Assembly: GCF_963921235.1 (NCBI RefSeq)
Contig: NC_086109.1
Location: 5,520,001-5,584,000 of the forward strand
DNA length: 64,000 nt
DNA from: Mobula hypostoma
Lineage: Eukaryota
Direction: 5' to 3'
Part shown: positions 1-11,962 of the stretch, piece by piece
Layout: every line of letters starts with the position of its first letter
Position numbering within the stretch: the stretch's first letter is position 1
The notes under the pieces: generated by a model
Seen by the model: only the letters and a program-made list of their open reading frames with translations
Database searches by the model: none
Told to the model about the DNA's origin: nothing
Program-made: the position numbers and the translations under genes

Positions 1-200
1 AGAGTGGTTGGTGCATGGAATGCACTGCCTGAGTCAGTGGTGGAGGCAGATACACTAGTGAAATTTAAGAGACTACTAGACAGGTATATGGAGGAATTTA
101 AGGTGGGGGGTTATATGGGAGGCAGGGTTTGAGGGTCGGCGCAACATTGTGGGCCGAAGGGCCTGTAATGTGTTGTACTATGCTATGTTCTATGTTCTAT
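1..200 (+). mobile_element. CR1 LINE 3' end fragment
   Basis: Encodes RVVGAWNALPESVVEADT (CR1 ORF2 C-terminus), then 3' UTR and (CTATGTT)n tail; near-identical to 45300-45548. Confidence 0.85.
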
Positions 201-326
201 CCACGCCAGCACCACTAGACTCCAAAACAGCTACTTTCCCCCAAGCCTCAGGCTGATCAACACCTCAACCCGTCATCCCACCCCAACACCCTGACACGCA
301 CACACCACGTGCACATCACCTCGTGC

Positions 327-407
327 AGGAGATCCCAACCCGGGGTCTACGGACCCCTCAGTTAATGGTAGGGGTCCATGACATAAAAAAAAAGCTCGGA
401 ACCCCTG
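327..407. mobile_element. Short hAT-like MITE (related copies at ~36958-37027, 38852-38903, 54317-54396)
   Basis: CAGGGGTTCCCAAC-type terminal inverted repeats around a shared GGTCCATGG core. Confidence 0.55.
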
Positions 408-1049
408 ACCTGGTGTCACTTTATTTACATACAGTCTGTATATCTAAGAGTTATTTGTACATTGTGTTTTATAGGATAGCTTTTTAATTTATATTTATTC
501 TGTTTTTTATTGTGTTCTTTATGGTTATCATGTTTTTTGTGCTGCATCAGATCCAGAGTAACAATCATTTTGTTTTCCTTTACACTCGTGTACTGATGAA
601 GTACAATAAACCACCTCAAGCCTTGAATTGTGATCCTGAAAAATGTTGAGTCAGCTTGGGCTTATTACAGATGCAATACGACACCCCGTATAATAGTTCC
701 ACCTTCAGCAATCAGATGTACTGAAGTGTGGCAGAAGTAGGTCAGGGCGTTCACCGGTACGGGGAGGGTATCAGCAAAACCTTCAGGGATGGGTCCATGG
801 ATTGGAAATGCTCGGGGGGTCGTGCGCCAAAATGGGGCGAGCTTGGACGGCCGAATGGTCAGTATGGACCAGAGCCTGTTTCCATGCTGTATGACCACAA
901 ACCTTTATTTAAAAAAAAAGAACAAGGTTAACATTTAAAATAAATTCAGGAAGAAGTTCAAAAGGAACCTTATTTGAATTAGGTTAGTAAGGCGACTGAG
1001 TCACATGAATTTCGATCTTCTTTACCGCGACTCTCCTTGGCTCCTCTTC

Positions 1050-1880
1050 AAAGTTCAAAATAAATTTATTATCAAAGTACATATATGTCACCATATACAA
1101 CCCTGAGATTCGTTGTCTTGCAGGCATACTCAATAAATCAAAAGAATATAATGACCATAACAGAATCAATAAAAGGCCACACCAACTTCAGCGTTCAACC
1201 AGTTGGCAAAAGACACCAAACTGTCAAATACAGAAAGAAATAAAGAATAATATTAAACAAATAAGCAATAAATATCAAACACGTGAGATGAAGAGTCCTT
1301 GGAAGTGAGTCCATAGGTTTTTGGAATGTGTCTGTGATAGGGCAAGTGAAGTTATCCCCTTTGGTTCAAGAGCCTGACTGTTGAGAGGTAATAACTGTTC
1401 CTGAACCTGGTGGTGCGAGTCCTGAGGTTCCTGTACCTTCTTCCTGATGGTGGTAGTGAGAAGACAGTATGTCCTAGATGGTGGGGGTCTCTGATGATGG
1501 ATGCTGCTTTCCTGCAACAATGTTTCATGTAGATGTACTCAATGCTAGGAGGGGCTTTGCCCGTGATAGACTGGGCTGTATCCACTGCTTTTTGTCGGAT
1601 CTTCCGTTCAAGGGCGTTGGTGTTTCCATACCAGGCTGTGATACACTCTCCAACGCACATCTGTAGAAGTTTGTCAAAGTTTTAGATGTTGCCGAATCTT
1701 TGCAAACCCCTAAGGAAGCGGAGGATCTGTTGAGTTTTCTTCATAATAGCACTTACAAGCTGGGCCCAGGGCAGGTCCTTCAAAGTAACAACACCGAGGA
1801 ATTTAAAGTTGCTGACCTTCTCCGCCTCTGATCCCCTGATGAGGACTGGCTGATAAACCTCTGGTTTCCTTCTCCTGAAG
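1050..1880 (-). mobile_element. Rex1/Babar-like non-LTR element, 3' portion, decayed
   Basis: ORF remnant CITAWYGN...IIRDPHH...LPPSGRRYR...TTRFRNSYY; related copies at ~9505-10085 and ~62040-63220. Confidence 0.75.
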
Positions 1881-2206
1881 TCAATAGTAAACTGCTTGGG
1901 ATCAGTTTATTGGGGTTAGGGGAAGGTGGCCCAGGACACAGGGTGGGTGCAGACAGTGTGAAACGGGCTGAATGGCCCATTCCTCGGCTGGGGGTCATCA
2001 GCGGAGATGTGGGCCTGTGAAACCCGACGGTAGCCAGGACAGTGGGGGAGGGAAGCAGCGAGTCAGAATCTAACAAAACAGTCTTTGTCTGAGACAATGG
2101 TGGGGGAATGTAGACTGGATGCGCACTCCCCCCCTTCTTCCACAGGAAATATTGGTTTTCCTATCAGTGTGAATGGGCCACACATCACCTAGCTTCACTT
2201 TATGTA

Positions 2207-2663
2207 TGAGGGGTGATTGATAGGTTCGTGGCCTAAGGTAGAAGGGATGAGTTATACAGCTCTCATTACATGAACATGCAGGTCAACTCTTTGAGTGATA
2301 TTTAGAAAGCTTGAAGTTGATAACTCATCTCTTTCTACCATAGGCCATGAACTTATCAATCACCCCTGATGTGTTATTAACTGATGAGTTATTAACTTCA
2401 AACTTTCTGCATGATCACTGAAAGAGTTGAACTGCATGTGCATGTAACGAGAGCTGTATAACTCATCTCCTTCTACCTTAGGCCACAAACTTATCAATCA
2501 CCCCTGCTGTGGACACTTTCTGGAGGTCCAAGATCCGTATGCTCCACGACCGCTGGACTAAGTGTGTAAATGTAGGAGGGGACTATGTTGAAAAATAAAC
2601 GTGCTAGGTTTTCTAAAATTGACTCCTTCAACCTTAGGCCACGAATTTATCAATCACCCCTTG
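2207..2663 (+). mobile_element. Mariner-derived non-autonomous element with internal foldback
   Basis: TIRs TGAGGGGTGATTGATAGGTTCGTGGCCTAAGG / CCTTAGGCCACGAATTTATCAATCACCCCTTG, TA on both flanks; 2533-2598 encodes IRMLHDRWTKCVNVGGDYVEK*, a typical mariner transposase C-terminus. Confidence 0.85.
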
Positions 2664-2882
2664 TATACAGTGAGTCTATGTATAGAATTTGTACATTGTC
2701 ATTTATAGGGTTTTTAAAATTTTTTTATTTATTGCGCTTTTGTATCAGTTTCTTTATGCTTACCGTGATCTTTAATCTGCATCGGACACGGAGCAACAAT
2801 CATTTTGTTCTCCTTTACACGTGTGTACTGAAGCAGTTTTGAATCTGGAACATGAACTCATCACAGTGTTCCTATTCCACAG

Positions 2883-5004
2883 GTAATGACGGGAAGTCCA
2901 GCATTGACCAACCAATCCTCGGAGGCTATGGCAACGGAATCGCCAGCGCAGACGATGAGTGGATCCCACCCCCTCCTCCCATGGCTCCCCCACCTCCCCC
3001 GCCACCTCCAGTGCAGAGTCCGCACAGCGGCCACCTGCCGTACGATTTGACTGTCCCACCGCCACCCAACATGGCCCCACCCCCGCCACCCCCTCACCAC
3101 TCCAGCCACCTGCAGCAGCACCCAAACCTCCCGGCACCCAGTCCACTCCCTGACAACATCCACCTGCCGGCCCCAGCGGCGATTCCTCTGGCACCCCCCC
3201 TGTCCGCTCCCCCAGCGCCCCCCCTTTCTGCTCCCCCAGCACCTCCGCTGATGGCCCCTCAAAAAACCCTTCCAACAACTGGCCAGTACCCCAGGGCAAC
3301 CCCCCCTGTTCTTCCGCCAAGTGACTACGTTAAGGTGCACAGTGAAACCTCAAGGGCCAGTCACATTAGGCCCCCTAAAAAACAGCCCCCTCCTCCCCCG
3401 CAGAGGGATCTAACGCACCCCCCGAAACCTGAGCGACACCCGCCATTTGGGCCCAACTCTTCGCAGATCGCCATCTCGAACACCATTTCCTTTCTGGCTG
3501 ACCCACCTGAGCCATCAAAGGTTGCATCCACCTTCAACCCCAAGGCGACAGCGAAGCTCTACGGGTTCTCCGATCCGGTTAGTGGGCCGGAAGCCTCGGC
3601 GGAAAGTGACCGCAAGGTGAGAGGCAAATCTACGATCGTCATGCAAGATGCCAAGCCCTTCTCAGTGGAGTCTGCTATGCACCAGAAGGTGGTGATAGAA
3701 GGAAGTGGTGAATATCCAGTCATGAGCAAAGCACAGGCAGATTCCAGTGCATCCAGACCGCAGAAACCAGCTCGCAGGAACCAGGCAGTGGTTCAGCCCA
3801 AATCAGGACCAAACATTCCCGCCTACCTGCCTGTGGACTACCTTGTCTCAGGTCCGACTGAAAACCATTGGAATGGTAACACTGATGTTCAACAGGCGGG
3901 CTCAAACCAAGTTCAGGATTCAAACAACAATCAAACTTTCACCAATCTGCCCATTTCTGGGAAACCGAGGGAAGAAGAGAGAGGAGAGTCCAGCGAAGCG
4001 AGTGACTTTGGAAGCCGGAATTCCTCAGGAAGTGGCTTGTCAGATTTCCCGTATGTCAAGTTGAGCGCCCCGGCAGCCAGAACCGCAGATTTACCAGATT
4101 CTTTGTCAGAACCAACTCAACGGGGCTTGAAGCACAGTGCTGAAGCACGCTCACCGCTGGCCCTTCTAATGGCTGCCAAGCAGCGAGACCTGAAAAACAA
4201 AACTCCCAAATCTCCCTCGGATGCCCCGACCCTATCCATGGGGGGCACTCGGTACATTAAGTCAACCAATCCAAATTCGTTCCAAATTATGCCACGATCG
4301 ACTTACCAGAAGCAGTTGTTACTGGGAGAGCAAGACATTACGACACCAAGCGAGGATGGAGATGGTGACGTTCCTCCCGGAGGTGCAGAAAGGAGCCTGA
4401 ACTTGTCTGAGTTTTCCTTCCCCAGGGTTACTGAACTCGAGAGCTCCCACAAAGACGAAGACATGTCCTCACTCTTGCTTCCGCCTCCTCCTCTCTTCAG
4501 TGACGAAGACAACGAAGAATTCCCACTCCCGTTCCTGCCGCCGCCTGCGGAATTTTCCAACGACGATGACAATGGGAGTGCTTCCATGGAATCGGAGCGA
4601 GAAGGAGGCAGGTCAGACAGCTCTAGCCCCTCTGTACAAGGACCTACCTATGAAAGGGGTGGTCGCTGGACATCCCCTCACCGTAACAGCCCAGCCAGTG
4701 TAAGCACCCACCTCACTAACAGACCATCAATAAATGCATCATCTTCTGTCTCAAACTCCAATGGATTGAAGCCATTACTGGCACCAAAGCCCAGCAACGC
4801 AGCCCTGAATACAAGTTCCAGCAAACTTCATATTTCCAACCACCTTCTGGCTAAAGCACACGACAGAAATGTGCCAAGACTGGAGCAGAAGCAATCAGAG
4901 GCTAGAATATCACCGAACGGTCTGTTGGCGAAGAGTAATCTTATTGGTGAACTGCAGTCCAAGGTGCAGACTTTAAGCACCCAGTCAGATGCGGGGTCTA
5001 AAAG
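2883..5004 (+). CDS. C6orf132: Large internal coding exon of a proline-rich protein, probable C6orf132 homolog
   Basis: 2122-nt stop-free exon; acceptor TTCCTATTCCACAG|GT (phase 1) and donor AAAG|GTGAGT (phase 2); polyproline N-part, SPLALLMAAKQRD, NSFQIMP and LPPP..FS motifs match my recollection of C6orf132-like proteins. Upstream exons lie outside the window. Symbol is tentative. Confidence 0.8.
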
Positions 5005-5377
5005 GTGAGTTTGGTCATCTGCTAGAGATGAGCAACTTCTACCTGTGTTTCAGGGAAGTTCTTTTACATCTCTTTACATCCTGTACATCTCAACTCCTGA
5101 ATAACTCATCGAATCCAGTGCTCGAGGAGTTGACTAACTTCTACCTGTGTTTAAAGGAGGTCCTTTACATCTGTGAGGCTCTGGTGCAGTGCTGAGGGAG
5201 AGAAACAGCACACCAGGACACAACCGTGCGAAGCATGAATGCTTACCAGCTTGTACTCCTTCCCCATGCCCCACCTTATTCTGCTTCCTTTCCCTTTCCT
5301 TTCCAGTCTAGGCTGAAACATCGGCTGTGTGTTCTGCTCCTTAGATGTTGCCTGATCTGCCGAGTTCGTCTGGCATT

Positions 5378-7855
5378 TTAGAACATAGAACAGTACAGCA
5401 CAGCACAGGAATTGGTCCTTCGGCCCACAATGTTGCACTGAACCAGCTAAAAAGTAAATCAACAACCTCCAAAAACTAATCCCTCCGACCTACACAATGT
5501 CCATATACCTCAATCCTCCTCACCTTCATGTGTCTAACTAACCGTCTCTTAAAAGTCTCTAATGTATTTGACTCCACCACCATACCAGACAGTATATTCC
5601 AGGCATCCACCACTCTCTGAGTAAGAAAACTTACTCCTCACATCCCTCTTGAACCTACTCCCTCTTACCTTCAACGCGTGCCCTCTGGTATTGAATATCT
5701 CCACCCTGGGAAAAAGATGCTCCCTATCTATTCTAGCTAGGCCTCTCATAATCTTATAAACCTCTATCAGATCTCCCCTCAGCCTCCAGCACTCCAGCGA
5801 AAACAACCCAAGTTTGTCCAGCCTCTCATGATAGCACATACCCTCTAAACCAGGCAGCATCCTGCTAGACCTCTTCTGCACCCTCTCCAAAGCCTCAACC
5901 CACTTCCTATAGTGGGGTGACCAGAACTGTACACAATTTTCGCCTGACTAGAGTTTTATAATCTCTTGACTTTTGAACTGAATGCCTCGACTAATCAAAG
6001 CAAGCATTCCCTAAGCCTTCTTAACCACACTATCTACCTGCGTAGCCACTTTCAAGGAGCTATGAACTTGGATCCCAAGATCTCTCTGCTCAGCAACACT
6101 GATAAGGATCTTGCCCTTAACAGTGTACTGTCTCCTTGCATTTGCCCTACCGAGGTGCAACACCTCACATTTATCTGGGTTAAACTCCATCTGCCATTTC
6201 ACAGCCCATACCCGCAACTGAACTATATTGCATAGTATTTGTTGCCAGACTTCTACGCTATCCACAACTCCACTAATCTTGGTATCATCCGCAAGCTTAC
6301 TAATCCACCCTTCTACATGTTCATCCAGGTCATTTATATACATCACAACCAGCAAAGGTCCCAGCACAGATCCCTGTGGAATTCCACTAATTACAGACCT
6401 TCAGTTCGAATAAGGCCCTTCAACCACTACCCTCAGTCTTCTATGCGCAAGCCAGTTCTGAATCCCAGCAGCCAATTCACCGTGGATCTCATCCATCTTA
6501 ACCTTCTGGATTAGCCTCCTGTGAAGGACTTTGTCAAACACCTTACTAAAATCCATGTAGACAACATCCACTGCCCTACCCTCATCCATCTCTCATCATA
6601 TTGTCAAAAGAACTCAAATCAGGTTGGTAAGGCACGACCTGCCCCACACAAAGCCATGCTGGCTCTCCCTGATTAGGCCAAGTGTTTCCAAATACTCATA
6701 TATCCTACCCCTAAGAATTTTCTCCAGCAATTTCCCTAACGATGTGAGACTCACCTGTCTGTAGTTCCCAGCATTTTCCCTTGATCCCTTCTTAAATAGA
6801 GGTACAACATTAGCCCACTGCCAGTCCTCTGGGACCTTGCCTGTGGCCAGAGAGGACGTGAAGATACTGGTCAAAGGCCTAGCAATCTTGTGTCTTGCCT
6901 CCTTCAATAACCTGGGGTAAATTCCATCAGGCTCTGGTGACTTATCCACCTTAATACTCATTAGGAGGCCCAACACTTCCTCCTCCTTGACCTCAGCGCT
7001 GATCTCCTGGTCCTCCATATCCTTTGCCTTGGTGAATACTGACACAAAGTACTCATTAAGTATCTCACTCACATTCCCACATCCAAGCAAGTGTTCCCCT
7101 TGTTATCCTTGAGTTGGTCCTACCCTCTCCCTAGTTATCCTCTTGCTCTTGATGTGTATATAGAGTGTTTGGCATTCATCTTATTTCTAATTGCCAAGGA
7201 TTTTTCATGGCCACTTCTGGCTTTCATAATTCCCTTCTTTAGTATTTTTCTGGTTTCTTTATAACCTCATGCGCTCCATTTGATCCCAACTTCCGAAGCT
7301 TTATATACTTTTTCTTCTTCTTGACTAAATTCATCATCTCTCTGGGCATCTCTAATTTTTCCACCCTTGTCCTTCCTTCTAACAGGAATATACCTTCAAT
7401 ATACTCTGTGCTATAGATCTTTAAGCACCCTCCACATGTCTGCTGTGGATTTGCCAGAAAAAAAGTGTTCCAATTAATTCTTCTTAGTTCTAGTCTAATG
7501 CCCTTGTAATTTGCCCAACTCCAATTTAAAACTCTTTATCAAGGACCATACCTATCCTTATTTATAGCTATCCTGAAAGTTAAGGAGTAGTGGTCACTGT
7601 TCCCTAATGGCTCACTCACTGAAAGATCAGTCACCTGGCTGGGCTCATTACCCAACACCAGGTCCAGTACAGCCTCTCCTCTCGTTGGACCGTCCCATAT
7701 TGATTTAATAAACCCTCCCGGATACACTTAACAAATTCTTGCCCACATAAACCCCTCGTACTAAGAAAGTCCCAGTTTATATTAAGGAAGTTGAAACCTC
7801 CCAAGACAACCACCCTATTGTTTTTACACATTTCCTTAATCTGCTTACATATCTG
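5378..7855 (-). mobile_element. Decayed CR1 LINE (APE 3' part plus RT)
   Basis: Fragmented ORFs PTRGEAVLDLVL, KSPEPDGIYPRLL, QHGF...SCLTNL, YINDLD...LADDTK, LERVQKR; many frameshifts. Confidence 0.9.
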
Positions 7856-8219
7856 TGTGTTTTATGTGTTGCTGTGGATTTCCTGCATTTGCAGATTCAA
7901 AGGTTGTGGGGAGAAGGCAGGGTAATGGAGTTGAGAGGGAAAATAAATCAGCCATGATTGAATGGTGGGGCAGAATTGAGGGGCTGAATGGCCTAGTTCT
8001 GCTCCTATGTCTGATGGACTCCACCAGCTGATTTCTGAACGGCCCATGACCACTACCTTGTCATTCCTTTTAAGTTTGTAATTTATAGTAATTTTATGTC
8101 TTTGTACTGTACTGCTGTTGCAAAAAGAACAAATTTTACATCATCATAATCGGTGATAACAAAAGCTGATTCTGATTCAAATCTGTCTCGATCGCACAGA
8201 AGCAAAAACCTTTCACTGA

Positions 8220-9008
8220 GGCTGCGTCCACACTAGACCAGATAAATCTGTAACCAAGCCTTTTCTCTTCGTTTTGACCCTCCGTCCACACTGAAACAGC
8301 GTTTTCCTCCCCCGAAAACGGAGCTTTTCTAAAACACCCTCCAGAGTGTTTAAATCTGAAAACGCCAGTTGGGCGTTGTAGTGTGTATGGGGTAACCGGA
8401 GGTTTTAAAAAACCTGTCGTCCCTTTCATCGGTGAAGAGACTATGGCTGTAGGAAATGTTTCTGGGGTGACCCCTCTGTGGGAGTGGGGAAGATGTTGGT
8501 GGGGCCACGCGGGGGTCCGTGTGTCTGTATGTGTAGCTATTGTAGTGGCTGTGAGGCTGGTATTGTGGCGGTGAAAAGTACTGGGGGGGAGCCATCATAT
8601 TCCTCATCATTGCAAATCCCTCTGCAACAGAGTTAGTCAGTTTTTCAATGTTCGTCGTCAGCCGGGTCATACTGTCCGTGAGCTCCCTGTCGGTTGCCTC
8701 CATACGCTCCTGTATCTGTTTTTTCAGTTTTAAGTCCTCCTGCGCGAGGGCCGACAGCTGTCCGTCGTTTGGCAATTTCCTTTTAAGTTTCTCTAGTCTG
8801 TAACTGGGCAAACGCGCACCAAGTATACCGTTTCCCCTTCACTTGTTTTCTGTAGATGTGTCCTGCGCATGCCCAGTAGGAGGAGATTCGCCCAAATACC
8901 CGTTTTAATGTGGACGGAGGTATTTTCAAAAACGCCCGGTGCGGACGCCTATCGTTTTTACACGAAACCGGCGTTTTCAAAATTATCCGGTCTAGTGTGG
9001 ACGTAGCC
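8220..9008 (-). mobile_element. PIF/Harbinger non-autonomous element carrying an ORF fragment
   Basis: 26-bp TIRs GGCTGCGTCCACACTAGACCAGATAA / TTATCCGGTCTAGTGTGGACGTAGCC; 3-bp TGA TSD (8217-8219, 9009-9011); internal - strand coiled-coil-like ORF 8350-8811. Confidence 0.85.
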
Positions 9009-10367
9009 TGAGACGGAAAATAAATCACCATGATTGAATGGTGGGGCAGAATTGATGGGCTCCTATGTCGTATGGTCTTTTGGTGAGGTGTTAAGCTGAG
9101 CTCCTAATCACCGGATCAGGAGATGGATTTCTGTAACAAAAATGCTGCGCTGTTCTGATGAAGAACAGAAGTGGTGTTTGGTGTTCTGGCCCATGCTGAC
9201 CTCGCAATCAACAGTCCTCAAACAAACAGGTTGGAATAGGTTTATAAATGTCACACGTACTGAGGTAACAGTGAAAAGCTAGTTTAGTGTGTTGTTCATA
9301 CAGCTCATTTCCTTTCACAGTCCATTGAGGTAGCACAAAGGGAAAAGCAATAACAATTCAGAATGAAGTGCTTCATGACAGAGGCAGGTGTGAGGTCATT
9401 ACGAGGTGTGACTACTGTTTAGGACATCTCTTAATCGTTTGCTTTTTGATTAAGGGGAAGAATCAAAAACTATAAATATTCATAATGAAAAGTAATTTTT
9501 ATCACAAAGTTCAAAGTAAATTTATTAACAAATATCACGTATACGTCACCATATACAGCCCTGAGATTCATTTTCTTACAGGCATACTCAATACATCCAT
9601 AATAGAATAATCATTATAGAATCAATGATAGACTGCACAGGGCATTCACCCAGTCTGCAAAAGACAGCAAACTGTGCAAATACAAAAAGAAAGAAATAAT
9701 AATAATAAATGAATAAGTAACAAACATCGAGAACATGAGGTGAAGAGCCCTTGAAACTGAGTCCATAGGTTGTAGGAACAGTTCAGGGTTGGGGCAAGTT
9801 GAGTGAAGTTATCCCCTCTGGTTCAGGAGCCTGATGGTTGAGGGGTAATAACTGTTCCCTGAACCTGGTGGTGTGAGTCCCTGAGGCTCCTTTACTGCCT
9901 TCCAGTGAGAAGAGAGCATGGCCTGGGTGGCAGGGGTCCCTGATGATGGATGCTGCTTTCCTGCGACAGCTCTCCGTGTAGATGTGCTGAATGGGGGAGG
10001 GCTTTACCGCTGACGGACTGGGCCATATCCTCTACTTTTTGTAGCATTGTCTGTTCAGGAGCATTGGTGCTTCCATACTGGGCTATTTTTGCAAATAGTC
10101 ATAAATAACATTTAGCACTTATTGTGGAAACATCATTTTTTTAAACTTTTGATTACCAAAGCTAAATAATTTATTGAATATAAATAAAGTGAAATGTTTA
10201 CTTTTAGACTCTTTGCCCTTTTCTGCTGTGAAGTGATCAGTGGCAGATCTTAAGTGAGTGACGCTGAACTGGAGACTGGAGAATTGTGCATGTAAAGAGT
10301 ACTAACAGAAGACCATGAGATTACTGGAAAATGACACGGCCAAAATCCATAAAAACATTTCACAGAG

Positions 10368-11015
10368 TCTGGACAGTTGATTGGCAAAAGGGATATGAGA
10401 GGATCATGGGACGGGAGGCCTAGGGAGAAAGAAAGGGGGAGGGGGGAAGCCCAGAGGATGGGCAAGGAGTATAGTGAGATGGACAGAGGGAGAAAAAGGA
10501 GAGAGAGAAAAAGAATGTGTTTATATAAATAAATAACAGATGGGGTACGAGGGGGAGGTGGGGCATCAGTGGAAGTTTGAGAAGTCAATGTTCATGACAT
10601 CAGGTTGGAGGCTACCCAGACGGAATATAAGGTGTTGTTCCTCCAACCTGAGTGTGGCTTCATCTTTACAGTAGAGGAGACTGTGGATAGACATACCAAA
10701 ATGGGAATAGTACATGGAATTAAAATGTGTGGCCACTGTCCCATGATCCTCTCATATCCCTTTTGCCAATCAACTGTCCAGCTCTTGGCTCCATCCCTCC
10801 CCCTCCTGTCTTCTCCTATCATTTTGGATCTCCCCCTTCCCCTCCCACTTTCAAATCTCTTACTAGCTCTCCTTTCAGTTAGTCCTGACGAAGGGTCTCG
10901 GCCCGAAATGTCGACTCTACCTCTTCCTAGAGATGCTGCCTGGCCTGCTGCGTTCACCAGCAACTTTGATGTGTGTTGCTTGAAATTCCAGCATCTGCAG
11001 AATTTCTCGTGTTTG
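10368..11015. mobile_element. Penelope-like element 3' end with inverted terminal repeat
   Basis: - strand 10567-10735 encodes VATHFNS...RLEEQHLIFRLGSLQPDVMNIDFSNF (GIY-YIG C-terminus); 10371-10411 is the reverse complement of 10738-10780; + strand terminal repeat carries a hammerhead motif. Confidence 0.85.
10881..10916 (+). ncRNA. Minimal type I hammerhead ribozyme motif (Penelope pLTR)
   Basis: AGTC-CTGACGA-A-GGGT(CTCG)GCCC-GAAA-T-GTC-GACT: stem I AGUC/GACU, core CUGANGA and GAAA, GUC cleavage triplet. Confidence 0.7.
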
Positions 11016-11174
11016 CACGTATAATCTAATTTGGTCTACTTATGGCATCACTTAATACTTGTGAATGTTGATTATACATATTTATATAATTTGGTATATT
11101 CGATTATATTTTATTATATATAATGTTTGTCTTTAGTTGTGACTTTTAATTTTGTCTCATTTTATGACGATATT

Positions 11175-11452
11175 GATTTATTATACATAGATATATTTAT
11201 TGAGATAGAATACGGAATAGGCCCTTCCGCTCTTCAAGCCATGCTGGCCAGCAATCCCCCAATTTAATCCTAGCCTAATCACAGAACAATTTACAATGAC
11301 TTATCAACGTGTACGTCTTTGGACTGTGGGAGGAAACCGGAGCACCTGGAGGAAACCCACATGGTCACGGGGAGAATGTACAAACTTCTTACAGGCAACG
11401 GCGGGAATTGAACCTGGATCGCCTGTTTTATGCTGACCACTACGCTACCATG
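11175..11452 (-). mobile_element. tRNA-derived V-SINE (HE1-like); further copies at ~21150-21410, 24065-24320, 25040-25445, 35040-35325, 40432-40740, 52430-52700, 53180-53475, 53600-53860, 55890-56150, 56650-56930
   Basis: tRNA-like head (GGTAGCGTAGTGGT...GGTTCAATTCC) and V-domain core GTGGGTTTCCTCC.GGTGCTCCGGTTTCCTCCCACA.TCCAAAGAC. Confidence 0.8.
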
Positions 11453-11502
11453 CAATCTATGTTTAGCATTTTGAGCCTGCATCTTCATGTATGAAAGGTG
11501 CT

Positions 11503-11525
11503 ATATATATATATATATATATATA
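11503..11525. repeat. (TA)n microsatellite
   Basis: Uninterrupted TA run. Confidence 0.95.
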
Positions 11526-11529
11526 AAGT

Positions 11530-11962
11530 TATTATTCTTATAGCTGGTAAAGCCTGAGGTACGGGCTCATTAATAGCAAGCACACTCATTTCTCAAGTGC
11601 TAGGAACTTTCAGACTATTCTAGTGGTGTTTAGTATTGTGGCTTTCTAGAGATTTACATAGATATTGCTGTGTAGCCCTCATTGTTTAATGCTATTGTGT
11701 AGTGACTTTGGGATGATACCATTTGTAGATATTACTATCAGGACAGTGTGTACCCTGTTCATATTCCATAGTCTTTCAATTTCCTCTTTTAATTCAGCAT
11801 ATTTCTGGTGTTTTTCCAATTATTGATTTCTGTAAGTAATGTGTGTTTGGAATGGCTATGCCTATTAAGTAAGTTGTTCTTGATTGTTTATCCTGTATTA
11901 TATCTGGACAGTTATTATAGATTATCTTATCTGTAATAACAGATCAGTCATAATATGTGTAG
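11530..11962 (-). mobile_element. R4/Dong (Rex6)-like non-LTR element, 3' fragment with restriction-like endonuclease domain
   Basis: - strand reads TDKIIYNNCPDIIQDK...YLIGIAIPN...KYAELKEEIERLW...VISTNGIIPKSL with frameshift; flanked by (TAA)n-like tracts. Confidence 0.65.

Noticed and set aside
2772..3340. Gly-rich antisense ORFs
   Set aside because: Shadows of the C-rich proline codons on the + strand
2852..5008. 718-aa single-exon gene as given by the ORF track
   Set aside because: The ATG lies upstream of a splice acceptor next to a repeat tail, and the stop sits inside the GTGAGT donor; it is better read as an internal exon
5033..5172. ~38-bp direct repeat pair (AACTTCTACCTGTGTTT...TTTACATCT)
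   Set aside because: Only two degenerate copies; a small local duplication, not an array or CRISPR
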